A stretch of DNA of 64,000 nucleotides from a virus. Taxonomy: Duplodnaviria; Caudoviricetes. The stretch's first letter is position 1; the number at the start of each line of letters is the position of its first letter. The translations under genes were made by a program, and so were the position numbers. Below the pieces are notes generated by a model. It was not told the origin of the DNA. It made no database searches and saw nothing but the letters and a program-made list of their open reading frames with translations. This document shows positions 9,345 to 17,750 of the stretch, in pieces. The stretch is from IMG/VR virus record IMGVR_UViG_3300023218_000062, one strand, 5' to 3'.

Positions 9345-9941
9345 TTATCTATTAGCGCCGCCTGTTGCCTTGTCGGCAAAGTTAGTACCCGGCAATAGAT
9401 AGGCGTGATCATATCTTATTTGAAGAGTTGTTTTTACCGTTTCAGATGTTTGGTAATCTATATTACCAAAATCTGCATTATTTATAGCACAACCCTCAAG
9501 TTTCCATGTTTCAAGAGTAATTTCTGTTGGGTTATGATCCCCATCTAACATGTCCATATCTAACGCAAACTTATAAGCTTCACCTGATCTGGCTTGCCCT
9601 AAAAATGCACCAGATGTTGGTCCAATCAATCTCTGTTGCCGTTCCATTTGATCCACTATAGCCTGATGTACTAATCCACCAATATCTGGTTCTAATGTTA
9701 TACTTATTGGTTGAAAGGTATATTTTCCTTGTAAATACGCACGAGAATTATAACGATCTAATATTATTTCGTCATATTCTACTTTCGGTCGTTCGGCATT
9801 AATCGCCATTGAGGTCAACCCTCTAACTCCGGCAGAAAACCCGTCAAACTTAAATTCGATTCTCCAGCGATTTTTATAAAAGGGTTGTAAAATTCCGCTA
9901 CTTTCACCACCCGGTATACCCATGTCTGATATAGTTGCCAT
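9345..9941 (-). CDS. Tail tube protein (gp19-like)
   Basis: MATISDMG...ILQPFYKNRWRIEF, GKYTFQPISITL, LQIRYDHA; SD AGGAG upstream. Confidence 0.8.
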   Translation of the reverse strand: MATISDMGIPGGESSGILQPFYKNRWRIEFKFDGFSAGVRGLTSMAINAERPKVEYDEIILDRYNSRAYLQGKYTFQPISITLEPDIGGLVHQAIVDQMERQQRLIGPTSGAFLGQARSGEAYKFALDMDMLDGDHNPTEITLETWKLEGCAINNADFGNIDYQTSETVKTTLQIRYDHAYLLPGTNFADKATGGANR

Positions 9942-9988
9942 ACTTATTAACTCCTAAATAACTTTTTAATAATATTATGTCTCATTAT

Positions 9989-10024
9989 TATTTATTAAAA
10001 TGCTTATAATAAAATTCATAAATA
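9989..10024. promoter_or_regulatory. Divergent late promoters
   Basis: AATAAATA on minus (9989-9996) toward the tube gene; CATAAATA on plus (10017-10024) toward ORF 10046. Confidence 0.5.
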
Positions 10025-10045
10025 TTCTAAAGTAAATTATAAGGT

Positions 10046-10786
10046 TTGTTCATGAGCAAATATACAAAATATAATCAGGCTGCACTGTTATTCCATGCTG
10101 TAATAGATAATCTCGATAATAGTCATTTCGTTTATGATGAAAAATTGGGTGAGTTAAAGTTCAATGTGGGAAAAGTTGCTAGAAATGCATCATTTTCTCA
10201 TATCAATATATATGTAATTGGAACAAATGACAAGGAACAATATATCAAGCCAGCTAAATTAAAAAATGGTTCTGGTGAGTTCGCCGTAGTGGTTAGGGAC
10301 AAAGACTTTCCATCATCAATTAAAGAGGTTGATAAATTCTTAGAATCTTCTAATAGAAGTATGGATATTATCAAAGCCCTTGCCGAAATCATTAGAGTAT
10401 CTCCAGCAAATGATACTGCAACTGGTTCATCTTCTACAAAAACGGAATATGAAAAAGAAAAATATTATAATGATAGAGATACCTTTGAGAAAATGTATCA
10501 ACTGGGTGTCAAGAAGATGCAAGAGAAAATAGAATCATTCAAATCATCTTCTAAAGAGCTTGAGGATAAAATAGAAAATACTGGAATATCATCACGAAAG
10601 GCTACCTATAAAATGGCTATAAAAAATCTCAAAAATGATATTATAGGTGATGGTATTAGCAAATTTAAATCTAATTTTATAAAAGTATTGGATGAAATTG
10701 ACCCTGATTTTAAAGATCACCTAAATTCAGATAATAAGAAAAGATTGAATTCTAGGATAGCACAGTTTTATTCAGAGATTGCGTAA
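10046..10786 (+). CDS. Hypothetical protein (likely start ATG 10052)
   Basis: 246-aa ORF with phage-like codon usage; no recognised motif. Confidence 0.7.
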   Translation: MFMSKYTKYNQAALLFHAVIDNLDNSHFVYDEKLGELKFNVGKVARNASFSHINIYVIGTNDKEQYIKPAKLKNGSGEFAVVVRDKDFPSSIKEVDKFLESSNRSMDIIKALAEIIRVSPANDTATGSSSTKTEYEKEKYYNDRDTFEKMYQLGVKKMQEKIESFKSSSKELEDKIENTGISSRKATYKMAIKNLKNDIIGDGISKFKSNFIKVLDEIDPDFKDHLNSDNKKRLNSRIAQFYSEIA

Positions 10787-10807
10787 AATCTATTAACCCT
10801 ATATAAT
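10779..10807 (+). promoter_or_regulatory. Sigma70-type promoter of endonuclease copy 1
   Basis: TTGCGT-17 bp-TATAAT, 21 nt upstream of the ATG at 10828. Confidence 0.7.
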
Positions 10808-10827
10808 ATATCAAAAAGTGTTTAATT

Positions 10828-12507
10828 ATGCCTGTAACGTGTAAGATATGTAACAGAGAATTTGCTACACAAATAACAAATACACATCTTAAAACCCATG
10901 GTGTCACAACAGAACAGTACAAAGAGCGTTTTGGGGTAGATTCTCTTTCGTCTAAAGAATATATAAAACAACGTTCGCTTAAATGTCGAGGAACCAATAA
11001 CCCTATGTATGGCAAGAATCATTCAGCCATTTCTAAGACACAAATGTCTAATAATCGAAGAAATAAACCCGGCAGAACTGGTCCTATTTCTGATATCGGG
11101 AAACAAAATATAATGCTTGGCGTGGAGAAGAGAGAAGAAAAATATTCCAGCGGAGAGCTTCAGAGGACGAGTCATAATTTTACCGAAAATGACCGAAAAA
11201 AAATATCAAATTCTGTGAAATCTTATGCCAAAGATCATCCAAATGAGTTATCTGCACGAGGGTCAAAAGCATACAAAACCGCGTTAAAAAATGATAATTG
11301 GATGGCGCCCATGACCCGACTTAAAGCTGATGACCCGGTTAAATATTATTATTTGCGGAAGCAGTCATCAGAATCAATCAAAAAGGCCAATGATCTGAGA
11401 TCAAAAAGGCTTAATGAGAAGATACTTAATAATATATCAAAATCTAATTTTAGTGTATTAGGGGATATACTATCTGAAAAAACTGGACTTCATACATATA
11501 ATTTGATGTGCAATGTATGTAAAACCAAGTTTTCATACACTCGCCAATATTTTACTGATTCCAAGTTTAATCCTGAGTGCTGCCCAGCTTGTTTTCCTAG
11601 AGATCGTAGTACTAGTATTGCAGAGGATGAAATTGCAGAATATATAAGCGCATTTCCTGTAAAAGTAGTACGAAACGACCGAACAATATTAGATGGGGGT
11701 CGTGAAATTGATATGTATTTGCCAAATATAAATCTGGCGATTGAATATAATGGATTATATTGGCACTCCCAAAAAACTCTTGAAAGTGCTAATCGAGATA
11801 AACACGCGGATTATTATAAGTATTTGGAATTACACGCCAAGGGGGTACAACTGATTTCTATCTATGAAGATGAATGGATAAAATCAAAGAATATAGTTAA
11901 AAGTATTCTTAGATATAAGCTAGGCATGGTAAGTAATAAAATACATGCAAGAAAATGTGCTGTACGAGAAATAACCACAGATGCTGCGCGGGCGTTTTTA
12001 AATCAAAACCACATTCAAGGATATAATAAATCTAAAGTTAAATTAGGATTATATTTTAACGGCAATATTGTGGCAGTTATGACCTTCTCCAAAGGAAACC
12101 TATCTAGAAAGTCATCTGCGTGGGAAATAGATCGGTTTGCATCATTATTAGACACATCCGTAATAGGTGGAGCCAACAAATTGTGGAATCATTTTCAGAA
12201 AACGTATGATCCTACTGTGGTTGTTTCATATGCCGACAATAGATGGTCAAATGGGAAGTTGTATGATATATTGGGGTTTTCTTTTCAAAAAAACACCGTT
12301 CCGAATTATTGGTATTTTAAACCGAATGAATTAAGGAGGGTACACCGTTTTACGTTACGCAAAAACTCTTCTGATTATAAAAATTTAACCGAATATGAAA
12401 ATAGATTATTACAAGGATATCTACGGATATGGGACTGCGGAAGCTCTAAGTGGATATGGGAAAAATCACATCCTGAAAAACCCCCTGTTAAAGGGGGTTT
12501 GTTTTAG
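10828..12507 (+). mobile_element. Free-standing Hef-like homing endonuclease gene, copy 1 (Zn finger/NUMOD3 + Vsr-like nuclease + GNAT/Mom-like domain)
   Basis: CKIC...H...H finger; GTNNPMYGKNHS (NUMOD3-like); EIDMYLP..LAIEYNGLYWHS..YEDEW; C-terminal NHIQG..LGLY..VMTF..EIDRFA..VSYADNRWS. Confidence 0.85.
12476..12505. terminator. Bidirectional terminator shared by the sheath gene and endonuclease copy 1
   Basis: AAACCCCCT-5 nt-AGGGGGTTT with flanking A/T tracts, inside the last codons of the endonuclease ORF. Confidence 0.75.
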
Positions 12508-14639
12508 GCAGTTGGCACACTTTCGATGCTACCAACCTCTCCCACATCAGCACTCTGCAACACAACTCTTATTGGTACAAAAATAAATTCTACCGCTAGA
12601 GTAGGCTTAAGAGCAACGTCAATCCATAGTTCTTTTCGTTGTACTCTATCTGGAGTATTATTTGTAGAGTCACTTAGAGTAGCAAAGTCTTGTAAAGCTC
12701 TGGTATTCAATAATCCGTTTAGAAAATTGTCCACGACAGCTTTTGCCTGATTTCTAGTTATCTGGTCATTAGGTTCAAATAAGAATGGGAAGACTGCACG
12801 TCTAACTTCTCTCTTAACAAATCTCAGCATACGCTCGACATTTATCGATTCTCTTGAAGATACAGCAGGCGCAGCGGTTTTTTGTCCCATAACCAGAATC
12901 CCTCTTCCATTAATTCTCGCGATAGGATTAATGTTTTTCGGAAATTCGTATAGTGAATCACGTTTTCCGCGATCTAAGTTTTCTACTACGAATGTAGTTG
13001 GAGTTCCTAAAACACCAGAAACATATCCCGTATCTGTCAAATGCGGGCATGTTCCTCTTGAAGACCCTGCAGGGGCAAACCACAGTTCACTTTCTCGGTC
13101 ATTAAATGCGATTACTCGTAAAGCCGTAGCTGCAGAGGTAGTCAAAATATCTTTACCATCTATGTTAGATGATATTCCATGGCCATACCAGTATGCCAAA
13201 CCAACATCTGTATTACGTGATGATACCGCCCAGTTAATTATGCTATTTAAGCCAGAAGGTGGTTTGTCAAATGGAGTTTCCCCTATTACAAATACTTCGT
13301 CTAGCATATCATCTGCTAGTCGTACTAGTTCATCAACTACTTCTGGATATCCCGGACATGCTAACAGATTAAAGTTAAATGCATCAGGATTTCTAAGACC
13401 TAAATCTGGATCATTAACGGCCGCTTGTAGGCGTTCTACGATTTCTGCCTTCCGCTCTTCATTAGTTGTACCTAACTGCGTGAATTTTCTAAATTCCCAT
13501 GTTAGCTCATATTCATCTGCTGCAGTTTCTACAATTGAACAAACTTGTTCAGAAGTATATTCTGTTGTATCATCTATTGCAGCAAACAATCCTTCAAATT
13601 GCCCAGTCGCCGGTTGGCTAAACCCATCCGGAAACATGGGGAGAGGGTTGGGACCCTGACCCGAAACGGGGTCTGCAAATGAAGAAAACAGATTTAGTTC
13701 ACTAAACAATCCTTCTACGCCAGATATATCTTCAGTAATTTCTACAGATGATGTTACTCCCTCAAGTGCAGATGTTATTCTAAGTCTTCCAGCATTAAAG
13801 CCAATAGTTGCGTTTCCACTTAGCTCTAAATTGATATTATCAATCAATTCACCAAATGTTTGTATTTGAGATCCCACTAATGATATTGCTTGTGGTGTTC
13901 CATTAATAATGAAATTAGCAGCGAATACACTATTATCATTTGACAGCCCTGTTACGTCAGATCGTGTAAGAAATCCGCCTGATGTATCAAATATAACTTC
14001 TTGATAACCAGCAACGTCTCCGGTGTGATCATTTAAAAACGCATCTCGAAAAAGATTATTATTTCCAGTTCGTCCCTTAGAAGAGAAAGAATAGCAATCA
14101 AATACTTCTTGTAGTGATTCTTCCAGCAAAAGTTTTACGTCAGCACCATTTATAGTAGTTTCTATATTTTGTCCATTAAGATCATTTTCTGCATTAAACT
14201 CATCAAGATAATCTGCGAAAAGTTCATCAAAAAAATTGCAGGATTCTGAAATCTTTTTATTAAAAAGGGTTCTTATTGCTTCAATGTTATCATTTGTATT
14301 AACATTTGCTCTAACTACTATGGCTCTGTTCCCGATTTCAAGAAATTTATTTAAGGCGTCCAAGCCATATTCATTTCTAGCATCTCCGTGGAATGGTTCT
14401 CCTTCGGCACTTTCTAAATATCTAGGAATACCATAAAGACGTAAACTTTCACTTATAGATGTTACTTCTCTATATACACCATGTTCATACGTTCCCAATG
14501 CTGGTGTTACGCCGTCGGGTTGAGTTTTTTGCTCTTCAGTTGCTATGAAAATAACGGGAAGTGCTGTTGCTCTACCCGGTGCGAAAAAACTCTCGTCTAC
14601 TATAGTTACACTAGTGCCCGGACTAATTAAATCTGCCAT
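12504..14639 (-). CDS. gp18: Contractile tail sheath protein
   Basis: LISPGTSVTIVDES, FNLLACPGYP, WFAPAG..RG, INVERMLRFVK, FLFEPND..TR, DVALKPTLAVEFIFVP. Confidence 0.95.
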   Translation of the reverse strand: MADLISPGTSVTIVDESFFAPGRATALPVIFIATEEQKTQPDGVTPALGTYEHGVYREVTSISESLRLYGIPRYLESAEGEPFHGDARNEYGLDALNKFLEIGNRAIVVRANVNTNDNIEAIRTLFNKKISESCNFFDELFADYLDEFNAENDLNGQNIETTINGADVKLLLEESLQEVFDCYSFSSKGRTGNNNLFRDAFLNDHTGDVAGYQEVIFDTSGGFLTRSDVTGLSNDNSVFAANFIINGTPQAISLVGSQIQTFGELIDNINLELSGNATIGFNAGRLRITSALEGVTSSVEITEDISGVEGLFSELNLFSSFADPVSGQGPNPLPMFPDGFSQPATGQFEGLFAAIDDTTEYTSEQVCSIVETAADEYELTWEFRKFTQLGTTNEERKAEIVERLQAAVNDPDLGLRNPDAFNFNLLACPGYPEVVDELVRLADDMLDEVFVIGETPFDKPPSGLNSIINWAVSSRNTDVGLAYWYGHGISSNIDGKDILTTSAATALRVIAFNDRESELWFAPAGSSRGTCPHLTDTGYVSGVLGTPTTFVVENLDRGKRDSLYEFPKNINPIARINGRGILVMGQKTAAPAVSSRESINVERMLRFVKREVRRAVFPFLFEPNDQITRNQAKAVVDNFLNGLLNTRALQDFATLSDSTNNTPDRVQRKELWIDVALKPTLAVEFIFVPIRVVLQSADVGEVGSIESVPTA

Positions 14640-14676
14640 GTTCTCATACTCCTATAAAAATATGTTATTATAATCT

Positions 14677-14684
14677 TATTTATT
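14677..14684 (-). promoter_or_regulatory. Late promoter AATAAATA
   Basis: 38 nt upstream of the sheath ATG; SD AGGAG present. Confidence 0.5.
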
Positions 14685-14710
14685 ATCTATGTAATAGATT
14701 TTCCGAAAAA

Positions 14711-15511
14711 TTAACGTTCGGGTGGATCTAAATCATCAACATCGAATAATGTTTTATACCCATCTTCCGCATCACCACCCCTAGCTGCAGCAGATTCTTT
14801 AAGCTCTTGTACGGAAGATATATCTAATTGTTCTAGAGTTTGTATCCTTGTTTTTATTTTTTGGATTATATTTTCTCGTATTAACACCGGAGCAGACATC
14901 CATGCCAAAAATTGAAATGTTAAAGTTGTTGATAATATTCTAGAATCATTTCCTGCTGGATAGTTTTCTTCTAGAGATATACCATTTAACCGAACATAAT
15001 TTAGCGCGGTCCAATCATCTGGATCATCAGATGTATTAAACTGTAATTCTGGCCGAAACATTAAAAATATTTGTTCAAGCAATTCGTACTTTTGATAAAT
15101 GTTGGATGCTAATATGTTAAGTTCCACACCAAAATAATATGGTATTGGCATCAATTTTGTAACAGTTTTTAAATCATCTGGAAATACTCCGCCGCGCGGG
15201 AATGTGACATGAGTATGAGTAGTTCCTTGTCCTTTCATTCTATCTGTGGCCATCTCTATGGCAGTTATGTGGGCTGCTATTGATGGTAATTTTACTGGAG
15301 TATTGGGATTATTATCGGCTAATATATGAGCTACTACACGATCTTTTGATCCGTGTACGACTGGTACTCGTATAAGGTTAGAATTTGATCCACTTTCGTT
15401 TTTTCCTGTTGAGACTTGAACCCCAGAAAATATAGCCATGAATTGAACAAGATATTTTTCTATTTGTGCTTGAAAATAATAATCGTTTAAGCTTGAGTTT
15501 TCAGTTGTCAT
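14711..15511 (-). CDS. gp15: Tail terminator / sheath stabiliser (T4 gp15-like)
   Basis: YYFQAQIEKYLVQF..IFS, RVPVVHG, PIPYYFGVEL, ELLEQIFLMFRP. Confidence 0.8.
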   Translation of the reverse strand: MTTENSSLNDYYFQAQIEKYLVQFMAIFSGVQVSTGKNESGSNSNLIRVPVVHGSKDRVVAHILADNNPNTPVKLPSIAAHITAIEMATDRMKGQGTTHTHVTFPRGGVFPDDLKTVTKLMPIPYYFGVELNILASNIYQKYELLEQIFLMFRPELQFNTSDDPDDWTALNYVRLNGISLEENYPAGNDSRILSTTLTFQFLAWMSAPVLIRENIIQKIKTRIQTLEQLDISSVQELKESAAARGGDAEDGYKTLFDVDDLDPPER

Positions 15512-15535
15512 GTTTAATATACGTTATATTGATAT

Positions 15536-15543
15536 TATTTATG
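15536..15543 (-). promoter_or_regulatory. Late promoter CATAAATA
   Basis: 25 nt upstream of the ATG at 15511. Confidence 0.55.
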
Positions 15544-15555
15544 TGATTTTATTTT

Positions 15556-16376
15556 TTACGGTGGTGCATTTTTATATGGGTGGCCAGTAGGTAGTAGATT
15601 TTCTAAATTAAGCTTGTGCAGAGCCCACCCCTCCAACTTCTGGCGATCTGATTCACTCGGTGCTTGTGCTAGATAACCTCGCATTGCTATGTGGCCACTG
15701 AACCTGATGTTCCCCGATCCTAAATCAGCAGCGGCCGAACCATTTTGATTTTCAGTGTTGGCGGTTGTTTCCGCTCCACCATTGAGCCTAAGTCTTATAA
15801 GACCATCACTATACTCTTGGCCAGCCATCACCCACTGTGATAAAAGTATAGATTGTTCAGTAAACCTTGCGGATCCATCCCAATGATACGCAATAACATT
15901 CGGTCCTGAGCCTGTATCCCTCATCATCAAGTTGTGCCATCCAGCACTGTTGTCCCCAGATATGGCGGCATTAAACCATAACGTACCAAGATCAGATGCA
16001 TTCGTTGGCAAAAAACCGCCCAATCGTAGTAGCTGCCATCTATCGCGCCAACATCAAAACCGTTATCAAAATTCCCGGACATAGGAGTCCCAGTAGAAAA
16101 CTCAGCAACGTCGCCAACAGTCGAGTCATTGACAAGCGCTACGCCGGAGGATGCACCGAACGTAAATGAACCACCATTAACATCTTGTAGTTGTGTCAGA
16201 TTTGTACCATCGTCGGTTCTAAAGTTTTGTTCAGTGGTATCGAACCATATAGAACCAGATATATCGGCAGGTGTCCATGTGCCACCCACGACACTCTCAG
16301 ATACTGATGGTGTAGGTGTAGGCGTAGCACTCTCAGATACTGATGGTGTAGGAGTTGGTGTAGCACTCTCAGATAC
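15556..16376 (-). pseudogene. Interrupted LamG/lectin-like virion domain, the in-frame continuation of the protease gene
   Basis: After the TGA at 16377-16379 the frame continues through TPSVSES repeats into WTPADISGSIWFD. A one-base shift at the T6 run (16010-16015) joins it to the frame ending SDRQKLEGWALHKLNL..LPTGHPYKNAPP. Confidence 0.7.
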
Positions 16377-16430
16377 TCATGGTGTAGGTGTAGCACTCTC
16401 AGATACTGATGGTGTAGGAGTTGGTGTAGG
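16292..16430. repeat. Tandem coding repeat for a [12 protein letters not shown] linker (4 units of 30-36 bp)
   Basis: cactctcagatactgatggtgtagg at 16292, 16328, 16364 (variant carrying the stop) and 16394. Confidence 0.9.
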
Positions 16431-17747
16431 TATTACGTTTACATCCGACCCGATTTGGAAATATTCTTTCCCATCTTGTATTATACTAAGTTGATCTGAA
16501 CTAGGATCTTCTATAGGAAAACTTATTATAGTCGATGTGGGATCTGTATCATCATATGTAAATGTTTCATCCCATTGACGTATTTTAAGTGCTTGTGCTA
16601 TACGATCTATTCTACATGCAAAAGCATTTATTGCATCTTGACTGCCTGCAAATGCTAGCCCAACTATTTTTTTAACACCATTAAATTCTGCTATTAGTGC
16701 AGATCCAGAATCTCCACCATCAATTATGCCATCACTCCCGTCAGAATGTTGGTAATGTATTATATCCCCGAATGGAATTGAAAAACTCCCATTATCAAAT
16801 CCCACATTTATATTAACGCTCAATCCTACCGCTTCTATTGTGCAGGCAGGATCTGTTCCCCATCCCTTTGGTCCTGTTGTTCGTCCCACAGAAAACATTT
16901 TCGGTTTGGGAGAATCTAATAAACTGTCTATTTCTAACGTAGATGCAAATGGTAAAAATTCGTTGGATTCAGTCACTCCCGAAGGATGGTGTATTTTGAA
17001 CGAATCAGTTTCACTTATATTTTGTGGATTCATTATAAGCAGTGCAACATCTACATAATTCATTCCACCGTCATTGCGAATAGGGTGATATCTTTTAATA
17101 TCAGATGATACACTAATAATGTTATCTGCGAATCCAGTTCCGCTTCTTGCTCTCGCAGACGAAGAGTATGGTTGGCCATCCACAGGCCAATTAAATTCTT
17201 TTTTTGTATTATATGGATTATTACTTTCTTCATTTTTATCTCGATTTGAAGTAAATAATAATTTATCTACTACAACATGGGCATTAGTTACACCTACAAT
17301 TTTATCATCTATATTATCCACTCCAAAAAATCCTAAAGTCCCAAGACTGAAACCCGTCGGCGCTCCTGAAGAATTAACTGCCCAATCAAGCGGAAACTTT
17401 ATTATTTCTTGGCCGCCCTTTAACGGTGTAATTAATGATGGGTTTCCTCGTAATTTCAGTATATCTGGGTCATTAGGGTCAGAAAAACATCCCATGAATT
17501 TTATATCGGCTATTTCTTTAACATCAGTTTTAATTCTCATTCCGTCGATTTCGAGTTCTTCGGGAACTATTTCAGAAGGTGATAGTTGATTTAGAGGTTT
17601 TTTTTCAGAAACACTTACTCTTATACATATCTCTTCTGTTTTTTCCCCATTTTTTTCTTTTCTGGAGATTGATATAGATTTACAATTGTATTTATTTTCT
17701 TTAAAGAGTTTTTCTATTCTGTTTTTTATGTTTTTATTGATATCCAT
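16377..17747 (-). CDS. Chymotrypsin-fold serine protease with N-terminal pro-domain (NAL1-like)
   Basis: Intact triad motifs VTNAHVV, YVDVAL, GGDSGSAL; LGTLG strand; pro-domain IRVSVSEKKP..L...IVP..I.G..IKTDV.E. Confidence 0.85.
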   Translation of the reverse strand: MDINKNIKNRIEKLFKENKYNCKSISISRKEKNGEKTEEICIRVSVSEKKPLNQLSPSEIVPEELEIDGMRIKTDVKEIADIKFMGCFSDPNDPDILKLRGNPSLITPLKGGQEIIKFPLDWAVNSSGAPTGFSLGTLGFFGVDNIDDKIVGVTNAHVVVDKLLFTSNRDKNEESNNPYNTKKEFNWPVDGQPYSSSARARSGTGFADNIISVSSDIKRYHPIRNDGGMNYVDVALLIMNPQNISETDSFKIHHPSGVTESNEFLPFASTLEIDSLLDSPKPKMFSVGRTTGPKGWGTDPACTIEAVGLSVNINVGFDNGSFSIPFGDIIHYQHSDGSDGIIDGGDSGSALIAEFNGVKKIVGLAFAGSQDAINAFACRIDRIAQALKIRQWDETFTYDDTDPTSTIISFPIEDPSSDQLSIIQDGKEYFQIGSDVNVIPTPTPTPSVSESATPTP

Positions 17748-17750
17748 TTT

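Noticed and set aside
16377-16379. Genome-wide TGA reassignment
   Set aside because: TGA is a genuine stop elsewhere, including coupled overlaps at 5820, 30896 and 46131 and the end of gp6.
16292-16430. CRISPR array
   Set aside because: Units are 30-36 bp codon multiples with no unique spacers; they encode a Pro/Thr/Ser linker, and no cas genes are present.
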